Virus record (IMG/VR): IMGVR_UViG_3300029142_000005
Span: 1-46,211 of that record
Source of the DNA: a virus
Taxonomy: Duplodnaviria; Caudoviricetes
Direction: 5' to 3' (one strand)
DNA length: 46,211 nucleotides
The position numbers were made by a program, and so were the translations under genes. Under the pieces are notes generated by a model. The model saw only the letters and a program-made list of their open reading frames with translations. It was not told where the DNA came from and did no database searches. Shown here piece after piece: positions 8,517 through 18,551 of the stretch (its first letter is position 1; each line of letters begins with the position of its first letter).

Positions 8517-9193
8517 TGGTTGATACTGTAATCGCTGGCAAGCCTGACACCAATGATGCAGCGGATAGTGAAGCCCCTAAAGAGGAAGAAGCTAAAACTC
8601 CTGAAGAGGAGAATGTAGACGATCCGAAGACAGAAGATAATCATGACCAAGATGTGGATCAGGATGACCCGGACAGCGATGCTGACGAGGCGGATTCAGA
8701 AGACGGTGATGATAAGTCTGATGGTGCCCCTGAGGAATATGACTTCAAGATTGACGAAAATATCACTGTCAATGAAGACATGCTCGAAGAGTTTAAAGCG
8801 CTAGCCAAGAAGCGTGGATACTCTAATGAAGAGGCTCAGGAACTCCTTAATCTTCAGATTCAGACTGAAAAGGCCAATCACGAACGCATTCAGAATGCTT
8901 TCGATGAAGCCGTTACAGGATGGCTGGAAGAGTCTAAGAAGGATAAGACTATCGGAGGTAAGGATTTCCAGAAAAATGTCGGAATCGCTGTAGCCGCTGT
9001 TGAGCACTATGGCGGAGATGATGTTAAGGAACTTCTTAATTCCAGTGGTATTGGTAATCATCCGGCGATCCTCAGGATGCTGGTCAAAGTTGGTAAGACC
9101 TTGCAGAATGATGATATCATGGTAGAGGGTAACAACAGGCCCCGTAAGAAGAGCCTTGAACAGAACCTCTACGGAAACTCGGATCATAATTAA
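8516..9193 (+). CDS. Capsid scaffolding protein
   Basis: Acidic N-terminus, APEEYDF, GIGNHPAILRMLVKVGK. Directly upstream of the MCP. Confidence 0.85.
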   Translation: MVDTVIAGKPDTNDAADSEAPKEEEAKTPEEENVDDPKTEDNHDQDVDQDDPDSDADEADSEDGDDKSDGAPEEYDFKIDENITVNEDMLEEFKALAKKRGYSNEEAQELLNLQIQTEKANHERIQNAFDEAVTGWLEESKKDKTIGGKDFQKNVGIAVAAVEHYGGDDVKELLNSSGIGNHPAILRMLVKVGKTLQNDDIMVEGNNRPRKKSLEQNLYGNSDHN

Positions 9194-9204
9194 GGAGAAG
9201 GTAA

Positions 9205-10224
9205 ATGGCTGTAAACAGCTCTAACAACCCGACTCTGCTTGATCTGGCAAGCCGTCAGAACCCCGATGGCACTATTGCCCAGATTGCAGAGATTCTGCAG
9301 GAGACTAATGAAATCCTTGCAGATATGTCTTGGGTGGAAGGTAACCGCGAAACTGGGCATACGTCCACTCAGCGCACCAGCCTGCCCAGCCCGACGTTCC
9401 GTAAATACTACGGCGGCGTCCAGCCGAGCAAGTCGACCACTGTCCAGATCACCGACACCTGCGCCATGCTTGAGGCGTATGCTGAGGTCGATAAGGCACT
9501 GGCTGACCTGAACGGTAATACCGCTGCGTTCCGTCTGTCGGAAGACCGTGCGCACATTGAGGGCATGAACCAGACTGTCGCTGAGACGATTTTCTTCGGT
9601 AACGAAGCTACGTCTCCCGAGCAGTTCACTGGCCTCGCTCCGCGTTTCAATGACCTGTCTGCCGAGAATGCTGACAACATTGTAGACGCAGGCGGAACTG
9701 GTTCTGACAACGCTTCGATTTGGCTCATTGTGTGGAACCCGATGTGGATTCATGGCATTGTGCCCAAAGGCTCTACCGCTGGCCTTCAGGCTACCGATAA
9801 GGGTCAGGTGACTATCGAAGACGTTGACGGTAATGGCGGCCGTATGGAAGCCTATCGTACCCACTATCGTTGGGATGTCGGCCTCGCTGTTCGTGACTGG
9901 CGTTATGTCGTCCGTATTGCGAATATCGACAAGTCGCTCCTGACTAATGTCTTCACTGCCGGTACGTTTACCGCTGGTGCTGATCTGCTTAGCCTGATGG
10001 AAGACGCTTGCCGTCTGATCCCGACTATGGCTGGTGGTCGTCCCGCTTTCTATATGAGCCGTGACATTGCGTCGTGGGTCGGTAAGCAGAAGGCTGCTAA
10101 GGGCATTGTGTCGGGCCGTACTGGTAATGATGGTGTGGCTGAGAAGGGTTGGTTCGACGATTTCAATGGTATTCCCATTCGTCGTGTTGATGCCCTGTCG
10201 GCTGATGAAGCTCAGGTCACCTAA
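9205..10224 (+). CDS. Major capsid protein (epsilon15/BPP-1 type)
   Basis: 339 aa with ETNEIL, LEAYAEVDKALADL, FTGLAPRF, DWRYVVRIANID, GIPIRRVDAL. Strong SD and biased codon use. Confidence 0.95.
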   Translation: MAVNSSNNPTLLDLASRQNPDGTIAQIAEILQETNEILADMSWVEGNRETGHTSTQRTSLPSPTFRKYYGGVQPSKSTTVQITDTCAMLEAYAEVDKALADLNGNTAAFRLSEDRAHIEGMNQTVAETIFFGNEATSPEQFTGLAPRFNDLSAENADNIVDAGGTGSDNASIWLIVWNPMWIHGIVPKGSTAGLQATDKGQVTIEDVDGNGGRMEAYRTHYRWDVGLAVRDWRYVVRIANIDKSLLTNVFTAGTFTAGADLLSLMEDACRLIPTMAGGRPAFYMSRDIASWVGKQKAAKGIVSGRTGNDGVAEKGWFDDFNGIPIRRVDALSADEAQVT

Positions 10225-10242
10225 CACAGAAAGGAATAACAA

Positions 10243-10695
10243 ATGATTATGGACAAATCGACTGAGTTCGCAGACGCTCAGAGCGTCGGTACTCCTAACA
10301 GCTCCACTGTGAATGTTGGCGACGTCATCGACCTCGGTGTTGCTCGTGACATTGGCAATGGCAAGCCTGTGTATGTCGTGGTTCAGGTCGATACGGCTAT
10401 TACGTCCGGTGGCTCCGCCACTGTTCGCTTCAAGGTGGCCTCTGACTCCAGTTCCAGCATTGCTGTGGACGGTACTCAGACGGAACACGTTGTGAGTGAC
10501 GCAATTGCTGTTGCAAGCCTGACTCAGGGCTATCAGCTTGTCATGGTGCTTCCGCTGGAAAACCCGGCATACGAGCGATATCTTGGTTTCCAGGTTGAGG
10601 AAACTTCCGGTAATGCTCTGACTGCAGGCAATGTCAATGCGTTCCTGACGCTTGATGGCCAGGGTTGGAAAGCTTACGCTGACGCCAATAACTAA
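10243..10695 (+). CDS. Capsid cement protein (Bbp16-like)
   Basis: MIMDK...F.DAQ, VIDLG..RDIGNG, RYLG, AG.VNAFL. Follows the MCP. Confidence 0.88.
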   Translation: MIMDKSTEFADAQSVGTPNSSTVNVGDVIDLGVARDIGNGKPVYVVVQVDTAITSGGSATVRFKVASDSSSSIAVDGTQTEHVVSDAIAVASLTQGYQLVMVLPLENPAYERYLGFQVEETSGNALTAGNVNAFLTLDGQGWKAYADANN

Positions 10696-10707
10696 GGAGA
10701 TATTTAA

Positions 10708-11508
10708 ATGGCTTCATTTACTGGTGTTGGCGACAACACTATCCTTACTGTTAAGGACGTCGGTGAAGAAGTAGCCATTGCCATCTCCGGGACCTACGAC
10801 ATGACTATCCTGTTCCAGCGTGAGCAGGGTAGTCCGGGTTCTGGTAGTTGGGAGACTCTTAAGACTTACAGTACGGCTAACGCCACTGTCGCTGATACCT
10901 ATACCACTCAGCGCTTTGACGAAAAGCTTCGTCTGTTTGTCTCTGTAGATACTTCCGGCACGGCTACTGCTACTCTGACGGACGGTAACAAGACGACTCG
11001 CACTTGGAAAGATGGTGTGGGTAATACTGTTATGGAGGCTACTCAGGATGGTGTGCGGTTCCCTCTGGGCGTTGTTGCCCAGCAGATGGAGATCGTCACT
11101 CTGGACGCCGCTACATACGCTCTTGATCGTGACACCCATGCGGGTAAGTTGCTGGTTCTTGACCGTTCTGGCGGCATTGATATTGACCTGCCTGATGCTA
11201 CCGGCTCTGGCGATGTTTACCACTTTGTGGTTAATACTGCCACTGCTGATGCATATGAAATCAGCGCATTCGATGTCGGCGATGATGACGTGTTTGGCGT
11301 TATCTGCGGCGTTGATGGTGATGCTGAGTTTACTTGGGGCGCTGCTTCGGGAGACAATACTGTCACCCTTGGCGGCACTTCACAGGCTACTGGCGGTTCG
11401 GTAGGTGACTATCTCACCTTTATCGACTTCGCTGCTGGTAAGTATCATGTGTCTGGTTTCATCCATCAGGGTGGTACCGAAGCTACTCCGTTTAGCACTG
11501 ACATCTAA
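10708..11508 (+). CDS. Putative capsid decoration protein (two-domain)
   Basis: Beta-rich, TAAGGAG SD, MCP-like codon use. C-terminal 'HAGKLLVLD...LPDATGSG' module. Confidence 0.6.
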   Translation: MASFTGVGDNTILTVKDVGEEVAIAISGTYDMTILFQREQGSPGSGSWETLKTYSTANATVADTYTTQRFDEKLRLFVSVDTSGTATATLTDGNKTTRTWKDGVGNTVMEATQDGVRFPLGVVAQQMEIVTLDAATYALDRDTHAGKLLVLDRSGGIDIDLPDATGSGDVYHFVVNTATADAYEISAFDVGDDDVFGVICGVDGDAEFTWGAASGDNTVTLGGTSQATGGSVGDYLTFIDFAAGKYHVSGFIHQGGTEATPFSTDI

Positions 11509-11517
11509 TCGGTAATT

Positions 11518-11562
11518 GTGGGGTTGGTTTAGGATTGGGAATTACCCGGTCGCCAACCCCAC
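11518..11562 (+). terminator. Stem-loop after the head genes (processing, stability or attenuator element)
   Basis: Perfect 10-bp inverted repeat GTGGGGTTGG / CCAACCCCAC with a 25-nt loop. U-tract is weak, so not a canonical terminator. Confidence 0.5.
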
Positions 11563-11586
11563 TCCTTCTATATGGAGAATCTTTAA

Positions 11587-11919
11587 ATGAAAGTTAAGCT
11601 AAAAGGCAAATGGTTCTGTCCTTCACAGCCGCTGAGTATCAACAATCGTTTCATGATGGGCAGGCTCTTGCAGCGAGGCGTACATGAACTCCCTGACGAC
11701 ATGTATGATATTCTCCCTAAGAGTGCAGAAGTGATTGAAGCTCCTGCATTTGTACAGAAGAAATCTAACGAAGAGGTTGACGAAGAGGAGGCCACTCTCA
11801 CTAAGAAGCGTGGACCGGGGCGTCCGCGTAAGGATGAGAAGCAGGCAGAGACTATGGCTGAAATGGCAGCTGTTCGTCATGAACGTGAAGAAGCTGACAT
11901 GAAGAAGAAAACGGCATGA
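11587..11919 (+). CDS. Hypothetical protein with AT-hook motif
   Basis: KKRGPGRPRK motif and GGAG SD. Confidence 0.7.
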   Translation: MKVKLKGKWFCPSQPLSINNRFMMGRLLQRGVHELPDDMYDILPKSAEVIEAPAFVQKKSNEEVDEEEATLTKKRGPGRPRKDEKQAETMAEMAAVRHEREEADMKKKTA

Positions 11920-12527
11920 CAGTCTCCAAGGTACAGATAGCTAATCTAGCGCTAGGTCACCTAGGGCATCCTAATAGTATCGAGAGCTTTAGCGAAGCTA
12001 GCGCTGAAGCTAAGCAGGCTAATCTGTGGTACGATTTTAGCAGGAAGCTGTGCCTTGAGAGCCACAATTGGGGGTTCGCTCGTAAGCGTATAACTCTAGC
12101 AACTGCTGATGACGATGCTACCGAAGGGCATTGGACTTACAGGTATGATTATCCTGCTGATGCTCTTGTCATTCGTAAGTTGTATAATAAATACTACCCG
12201 GAGGACGGCGAAGACGAACCCCCTTACGTGGTTGAGACTGATGATGACGGAGACGAACGTACCATTCAGAGCGATCTAGACTCTGCTAAAGCTTTGTACA
12301 CATTCGATCAGCAGAATACAGCATTGTTCAGTAATGGTTTTATCTCTGCGCTATCCTACCTACTAGCTTACCATATGGCTAATGTCATCACAGGCAATAA
12401 CGAGGCAGTAAGGGAAGATATGTGGAGAAAGTATATAGGTGTCATGAGGTTCTTTGCAGCTGTTGATGGTAATCAGGATGGACGTAAGGCTCCTAGGGAT
12501 GCTGAACATATTAGGGCTAGGCAATAA
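11916..12527 (+). CDS. Tail adaptor / tubular protein A (T7 gp11-like)
   Basis: IANLALGHLG, HNWGFARKR, YDYPADAL, F..ALSYLLA. Confidence 0.88.
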   Translation: MTVSKVQIANLALGHLGHPNSIESFSEASAEAKQANLWYDFSRKLCLESHNWGFARKRITLATADDDATEGHWTYRYDYPADALVIRKLYNKYYPEDGEDEPPYVVETDDDGDERTIQSDLDSAKALYTFDQQNTALFSNGFISALSYLLAYHMANVITGNNEAVREDMWRKYIGVMRFFAAVDGNQDGRKAPRDAEHIRARQ

Positions 12528-12832
12528 TGTCTGATCTCAAGTATCGTCCTCTTGAGCCTGGAGAGGGATTGAAGACTCAGGATGGATATGAACAGACAGA
12601 GATTACTAATACTTATGATGTAGACGGTAAATGGTTTGTTCTACCTTCTTTATGGATGGTAGATGGAAAGCCTAAAGTTCTCTCACCTAAAGAACAATTC
12701 CAAGCTATGGACTATTATCTCAAAAAGACAGGTAAGAAGCCGAGAGTATTTGACAACTTCTTGGATGCGGAGTCGTTCACTAAAGCTAGAACTAAGAAAG
12801 GCGGAGTGCACAGTGGTCCGTTGTTTGAATGA
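12527..12832 (+). CDS. Hypothetical protein
   Basis: 101-aa ORF coupled to both neighbours (TAATG and ATGA overlaps). Confidence 0.7.
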   Translation: MSDLKYRPLEPGEGLKTQDGYEQTEITNTYDVDGKWFVLPSLWMVDGKPKVLSPKEQFQAMDYYLKKTGKKPRVFDNFLDAESFTKARTKKGGVHSGPLFE

Positions 12833-15621
12833 GTAACGCAAGAGCTGTACAATCTAATTTCTCTAGAGGTGAAGTGTCTCCAGAGCTGTTCGGTAGAGTG
12901 GATACTGGACAGTATGAAGCTGGTCTGAAGACTGCTTACAATGCCATCATCCACGGATTTGGCTCTATCTCTAATAGGCCTGGACTTCAGTTCGTGGGGT
13001 ATGCTAAGCATAACGATAGGACTTGCAGACTGATTCCTTTCAAGTTCAAGAGTACAGACACTCATATCATTGAGCTGGGCCATGAGTATATTAGGTTCTA
13101 TCGTAATGATGGCTCTATCGTAGAGACCGCTAAGACTATCACCAATGTCACTCAGGCTGATCCTGCAGTTGTCACTACCTCTGGTGCACATAGCTACTCT
13201 AATGGAGATCATGTGGACATTTCAGGTGTAGTGGGAATGACTGAACTGAACGGACGTAGGTTCGTTGTCCAGAATGTAACCTCTACTACCTTTGAACTCG
13301 TAGATGTGATTACTAGAGCTGACCTAGACAGTACAGGGTTCACAGCTTATTCGTCAGGAGGGGAGTCTGCTCGTATTGTAGAGATTGAATCTCCGTATGA
13401 CGAAAGTGATCTTAGGGATATCAAGTATGTTCAGACTGCTGATGTAGTCAGGCTGACTCATCCTAGCTATCCGCCTAAGGAGTTGCGGAGAACCAGTCTC
13501 ACTACTTGGACTCTGACGGATATTTCGTTTAAACCGTCTATAGGTTTTCCAGAGAACCTAGGTGTATCTGGTGGTACAGGCAGCGCTACAGCTTACACTG
13601 TGACAGCTATTTCAGACAGTGATGAAGAGAGTCTGGCTGGTGTCACTCCTACTCTGGCTGGTGGCACAGTGATTACAGGTATTACTGCAGCTAACCCAGC
13701 TGTGGTGACTACTTCTGGTGCACATGGATTCACTAATGGAGATCGTGTGTGGATTCATAGTGTAGTCGGGATGACTGAAGTTAATGATCGTCAGTTCGTA
13801 ATCGCTAATACTACTTCTACTACGTTCGAGCTGCTAAGTGAAAACAGCTCAGGATACACTGCTTACTCCTCTGGTGGTGTTGTTAATGAGACATTCGTCT
13901 CTCACACAGCTGACACTAATGTGACTATCACTTGGAACTCTGTAGCAGATGCAGTTAGATACAGAGTGTTCAAGCTGGATAATGGAGTGTTCGGCTTCAT
14001 TGGTAGTACGCAGGTAACTACATTCACCGATACAGGTTCACTAACTCCTGATACAGCTGACACTCCTCCTGTATTGTTTGAGCCATTTACGGGTGCAGAT
14101 AATAGGCCGGGAGCTGTAGGATTCCATCAGCAAAGGCTTGTTATGGGCGGTAGTAATAACGATCCTGATACTAGCAGGTTCTCTGTTATCGGTAGCTTTA
14201 ATAACTTCTCCTCCTCTGTTCCTGTAAAGTCTACTGATGGATTCAGCACTACACTGGACTCGAATGAGATCAATGTCGTCAATCATTATGTCTCTCTCAG
14301 AGAGCTAATCACTTTTACATCTGGAGCTGAGTGGGTTATCTCCTCCACTTCAGGTGATAGGTTCAGTAATGACACTGTTCTACAGCAGCCTCACACATAC
14401 TGGGGGTCAGGTGTAGCTAGACCTATTGTCATAGGCGATAATATCCTGTACACATCAGAAACTAACAACTCTGTTCGTACATTTGGATTCTTACTTCAGA
14501 AGGACGGATTCACTTCTGATGAAATAAGTTTTCTTGTTCCGCATTTGTTTCGTAATAAGACTGTGAAAGAATGGGCTCTAGTGAAATATCCTGAGCCATA
14601 TGTCTATATGGTTAGGGATGATGGAATTGTCCTGTGTCTCACGTTTAATGCTCCTCAGGAGCTTATAGCTTGGAGCAGGTGGCAGACTGATGGTGATTTT
14701 GAAAGTGTAGCTTCCATACGTCCTTCTATTACTGCTGACAGCGAAGAAGCCTACTTCGTGGTTAAGAGGACTATCGGTAACAATACCGTTAGGTATATCG
14801 AAAGAACTCATGAACGAGATTTTGATTTCATTGAGGATGCGTTCTTCGTAGATAGTGGTCTTACTCTAGATAACCCTATCACTATTTCATCCACTACAGC
14901 TGCTAATCCTGTTGTAGTCACTACGTCTTCTGCTCACGGACTCAGTGACGGGGATGAAGTGGACATTAGTGATATCGTATGGGAGCCTACTGTAGACGGA
15001 TTAGGTAATGAGGTGCAGCCTTCTCAGTTGAATGGTCAAAGATTTACTGTAGCTAACTCGACATCTACTACATTTGAGCTTCAGTCTGAAGACGGCTCTG
15101 CTTTTAATGCTTACAAGTCTGGCGGAAATGTTAGACTAGTTGTTAGCTCTCTGTCTGGTCTGCACAATCTAGCAGGACAAACTGTCTCGTATCTTGCAGA
15201 TGGCTCTGTTAACACAGGTGCTACAGTGTCAGCTACAGGTACGCTCACTCTAGCTAGAGGTTCCAGCAGAGTGCATGTAGGACTCCCCTACACATTCACT
15301 ATGCAGACTCTGAGTCCTGAGCTTGACGATCTTAGGAGTAAAGGTGCCGTACACGGTAGACAGGTCAGGCCTTCTAAGGTGATCGTAAGAGTGGAAAGGA
15401 CGGTAGGATTTTATGCAGGGACTAATGGTACCAATCTGGTCCCAGCTAGATGGAGAGAGGATGAGCTTTTAGGACAGCCTACTCAGTTGTTCACAGGTGA
15501 TAAGGAAGTTAATATTAATGGCACTTTCTCTACAGACGCTGGTGTCATGATTAGGCAGATTGATCCTCTCCCTATTTCGGTACTAATGCTAACAACGGAG
15601 CTTACAGTTGGTGGAAGATAG
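12829..15621 (+). CDS. Tail nozzle / tubular protein B (T7 gp12-like) with three E1-FCCH-like domains
   Basis: QSNFSRGEVSPEL.GR.D N-terminus, FHQQRL, AWSRW, VHVGLPY. Three internal 'A.P.VVTTS.AH...GD.V' repeats. Confidence 0.9.
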   Translation: MSNARAVQSNFSRGEVSPELFGRVDTGQYEAGLKTAYNAIIHGFGSISNRPGLQFVGYAKHNDRTCRLIPFKFKSTDTHIIELGHEYIRFYRNDGSIVETAKTITNVTQADPAVVTTSGAHSYSNGDHVDISGVVGMTELNGRRFVVQNVTSTTFELVDVITRADLDSTGFTAYSSGGESARIVEIESPYDESDLRDIKYVQTADVVRLTHPSYPPKELRRTSLTTWTLTDISFKPSIGFPENLGVSGGTGSATAYTVTAISDSDEESLAGVTPTLAGGTVITGITAANPAVVTTSGAHGFTNGDRVWIHSVVGMTEVNDRQFVIANTTSTTFELLSENSSGYTAYSSGGVVNETFVSHTADTNVTITWNSVADAVRYRVFKLDNGVFGFIGSTQVTTFTDTGSLTPDTADTPPVLFEPFTGADNRPGAVGFHQQRLVMGGSNNDPDTSRFSVIGSFNNFSSSVPVKSTDGFSTTLDSNEINVVNHYVSLRELITFTSGAEWVISSTSGDRFSNDTVLQQPHTYWGSGVARPIVIGDNILYTSETNNSVRTFGFLLQKDGFTSDEISFLVPHLFRNKTVKEWALVKYPEPYVYMVRDDGIVLCLTFNAPQELIAWSRWQTDGDFESVASIRPSITADSEEAYFVVKRTIGNNTVRYIERTHERDFDFIEDAFFVDSGLTLDNPITISSTTAANPVVVTTSSAHGLSDGDEVDISDIVWEPTVDGLGNEVQPSQLNGQRFTVANSTSTTFELQSEDGSAFNAYKSGGNVRLVVSSLSGLHNLAGQTVSYLADGSVNTGATVSATGTLTLARGSSRVHVGLPYTFTMQTLSPELDDLRSKGAVHGRQVRPSKVIVRVERTVGFYAGTNGTNLVPARWREDELLGQPTQLFTGDKEVNINGTFSTDAGVMIRQIDPLPISVLMLTTELTVGGR

Positions 15622-16021
15622 GACTCTCTCGATTACTACTGAGCGTGATGTTAACGACATCATGGAGTATGAAGTTACAGGTGTTACCGATCCTGCTGTG
15701 CTGCATAGGTGTGTTAAGAAATCTTACGAGGTGTTCACTTACAAGCGCAATGGCGACGTTGTAGCTATTGTAGGTATTATGAAGACTAGCCCCTTGGCTT
15801 CTGAGAGTTATCTATGGGCGACTGTACGCAAAGACATGCAAGACATTAATGTCATTAGGGGGTATAAGAGAACTGTCAATATGCTTAAACATGTGACAGA
15901 CCTCTATGCCGCTTTTGATCCAGAAGATAGCAAGGTTATGGAATGGGCCAACTGGCTAGGCTTTACTCCTACAGGTGTGCAGCTAGATGGCTATGAACTG
16001 ATGAGGGCGAACAGTGCCTAA
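15608..16021 (+). CDS. T7 gp13-like / GNAT-fold protein
   Basis: Position after the nozzle gene and 'WANWLGF' C-terminal motif. Confidence 0.65.
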   Translation: MVEDRTLSITTERDVNDIMEYEVTGVTDPAVLHRCVKKSYEVFTYKRNGDVVAIVGIMKTSPLASESYLWATVRKDMQDINVIRGYKRTVNMLKHVTDLYAAFDPEDSKVMEWANWLGFTPTGVQLDGYELMRANSA

Positions 16022-16553
16022 TTTCTCTATAATAAAAGACTTCTTGAAAGAGAATAAAGATGCCATCCAAGTAGGTGGTACTTTTCTACAAGGAGGTCTG
16101 ACAGCTTTCGGACAAGTGGCTGAAGGCAATGAGACAGCTAGAAACCTAATGCTCAGACAAGCTATAGCGCTATCTAATGCTAAGCGTATAGGGATTGTTA
16201 AGAAGGAAGTTAGAGACTCTGCTAAGGATCAGGACCAGCAATTGTCTGAAGCAGGCGCTAAAGCTATTGCCGATCAGATTGCTGCTTTCGCTGGACGAGG
16301 TGTAGTCGTTGGCAGGGGCGCAGCTAGGGACATCACACAGGACACAGCTAGAACTATCGCCCTAGATAGGGCAGCATTGGAGGATGAAGTGAGAAGGGCT
16401 ATTGTAGCTTTGGATTTCCAAGAAGCTAATCTTAAGGATCAAGCTGCTGCTCTTAAGCGTAGCGCAAGGTCTGCACGTAGGTCCGCAGCTTTCTCAGCTG
16501 CTGGTACTTTGTTTAGCACAGCTGGTAAGGTTGCCAGTAAATGGCTTCAGTAG
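16014..16553 (+). CDS. Internal virion (ejection) protein, gp14-like
   Basis: Ala/Gly-rich helical protein with 'AAFAGRGV.VG.G'; synteny. Confidence 0.75.
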   Translation: MPNFSIIKDFLKENKDAIQVGGTFLQGGLTAFGQVAEGNETARNLMLRQAIALSNAKRIGIVKKEVRDSAKDQDQQLSEAGAKAIADQIAAFAGRGVVVGRGAARDITQDTARTIALDRAALEDEVRRAIVALDFQEANLKDQAAALKRSARSARRSAAFSAAGTLFSTAGKVASKWLQ

Positions 16554-16563
16554 GAGATAATTA

Positions 16564-18549
16564 ATGGCTAGAGTTCCAACTATCACTCGTTCAAAGGTGG
16601 CCTCTCCTAGTAGCGCTGGGCTTGTGAGTGCTCCTCAGGAATTGCAGACAGGAGGCGCAACGTCTGTTGGTATTGCTCAGGCTGTTGGAGACTTCAACAC
16701 ACAACTTCACGCTGCTATGACTAAGGCCCAGGAGCGGGAAGACTTCATCAAGAGGGCTGATCTTGTCAGTCAGTTTAAGGCAGAGAGTGGTGAGTTGTTC
16801 TCTAACACTATGGCTGAGGGGGATGCATTCAGGCATAAAGATACTCGTAGGGGATTTGGAGCTACGCTCTCCTCTCGTGTAGCTCAGATAGTAGAAGAGC
16901 ATGATGGCAGCGACGACAGCAAGCTTGTGCTCAGCAAAGAGCTGAACAATGTAGTGTCCTCCTTGATTGATGATGCTACGGAAGAGGGTATTAAAGCTGA
17001 AGAAGCTGCTCTCACTTCTCAGGTCGATACCATGATTAATGAACATGTTAATATGTTGGATGACAATCCTACCAGATTCGATGCAGTGGCTGCTTCTTTT
17101 GAAGAGCAGATGGAACAGTATGCTCGCGTGACTACTCCGGGCAAGTCTGACTCTTTCTTCCAGACTGGTTATAACCTGCTTGCTACTAGGGCTATTGATG
17201 GACTGATTATGGATGGCAACTACGAGGGTGCACAGAGTATTCTGGAGCGGCCTAGTGTAGTTAACTACCTTCCTTCAGACGTATATGTTAAAAAGTCTTA
17301 CGATATCTCTAAAGCTAAGTTTGATTACGAAGAGGCTGAACGTCAGGTTCAGAAGAAGATGGCGCTTGGTCGCGAATTGTTTGGACTAGGTCCCGGAGAG
17401 AAGCTCTCTAATAGTCAGATGGTACAGCTAGGCATGTTGAAAGAGAAGCCTAAGAGTTTCCAGCCTATCTCTGATTCAGAGCTTAATGCTTTCCTCTTAC
17501 TAGGAGCTACCAATAACCCTGAACTAGCACGTATGGGTGAGAAGTTTCCTGAAAAAGTAGCTGAAGCCAGGGCCGCTGTTCTAGCTAAAATGAGTGGGGG
17601 CTCTAAAGGGCCTTCAGTAGATTTCTCTGATGCCCTTATCGCTAGAGCTAATGATATTCCTGTAAAGGAGAATGCTAATTCTGCTTTTGACTGGAATGCT
17701 GTAAGCCCTGACAAAGCTAGGTCCATGCTTATAAACAGGGCAAATATGGCTACCTCTGTCGATATCTCTGCCGGTTCTATTTCAGCGCGTATAGCTAACC
17801 CTGATATGTTTTTAGGCAATCCTGTACTTATGGCATTGGACCCGAGAGACCCTGACGATAGGGCCGTTCTTGATGAGATGAGACTTAGGGCTCAGGCTGA
17901 GCAGTCCGGTATATTTACTATGACTGCTGATAATCTGAAAGTGTTTAGGGCGCTTGGTCCTGAAATGGGCTTCAAGTTTATGTCTGATGAACGTATCCTT
18001 GATCGTCTGGATGAAGCTATGGCTTTCCTAGAAGATGACGAAGTTCCTGAGCAGGACTGGTTCCTAGAGGCTTCAGGTATCAGCACAGATAATCCGTATC
18101 TTAAGAAGCTGGCTGAAGAGAACGGTGTCACTGTACAGAAGATGGCTAGCAACTATCTGTTGGAAAAGATCAGAGAAGCTAAAGGCAAGTACCCTTCTAT
18201 GGATATAGAAGAGATTAGTAATAGATGGGCTACTTGGGGAGAAGATGGTCCCACTTATGAAAGTCCTGATGCTCGAATTAACAACCTGTCTAAGGAACAG
18301 CTAGGACGAATGATGGCTGTATTTACTAAGCTAAAGCATGGGGATAGGCAGACTCAGTTCAATCCTGTTAATGTCCTCATTAGGTCGTTCTATGGAGATG
18401 ATGGTAATCTTCCTTCGTCTCTTAAGAATACTGCTGCTGCTTCCTTGACTCAGGCTGTAGCTAGAGATTTTGCTAAAGAATATTTCAGTGATGAAGCAAT
18501 GAATGCTTTCATGCAGATTTTTGGAAGAGACCTCGGTGGTAAGGAGTAA
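16564..18549 (+). CDS. Internal virion (ejection) protein, gp15-like
   Basis: 661-aa helical protein, MARVPT start, AGGAG SD; synteny. Confidence 0.7.
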   Translation: MARVPTITRSKVASPSSAGLVSAPQELQTGGATSVGIAQAVGDFNTQLHAAMTKAQEREDFIKRADLVSQFKAESGELFSNTMAEGDAFRHKDTRRGFGATLSSRVAQIVEEHDGSDDSKLVLSKELNNVVSSLIDDATEEGIKAEEAALTSQVDTMINEHVNMLDDNPTRFDAVAASFEEQMEQYARVTTPGKSDSFFQTGYNLLATRAIDGLIMDGNYEGAQSILERPSVVNYLPSDVYVKKSYDISKAKFDYEEAERQVQKKMALGRELFGLGPGEKLSNSQMVQLGMLKEKPKSFQPISDSELNAFLLLGATNNPELARMGEKFPEKVAEARAAVLAKMSGGSKGPSVDFSDALIARANDIPVKENANSAFDWNAVSPDKARSMLINRANMATSVDISAGSISARIANPDMFLGNPVLMALDPRDPDDRAVLDEMRLRAQAEQSGIFTMTADNLKVFRALGPEMGFKFMSDERILDRLDEAMAFLEDDEVPEQDWFLEASGISTDNPYLKKLAEENGVTVQKMASNYLLEKIREAKGKYPSMDIEEISNRWATWGEDGPTYESPDARINNLSKEQLGRMMAVFTKLKHGDRQTQFNPVNVLIRSFYGDDGNLPSSLKNTAAASLTQAVARDFAKEYFSDEAMNAFMQIFGRDLGGKE

Positions 18550-18551
18550 GA

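Noticed and set aside
10190-10245. T7-style programmed frameshift extending the capsid protein
   Set aside because: No slippery heptamer before the stop, and the next gene has its own SD.
9190-10488. 432-aa antisense ORF opposite the capsid and cement genes
   Set aside because: Shadow of strong codon bias in highly expressed genes; no SD or recognisable domain.
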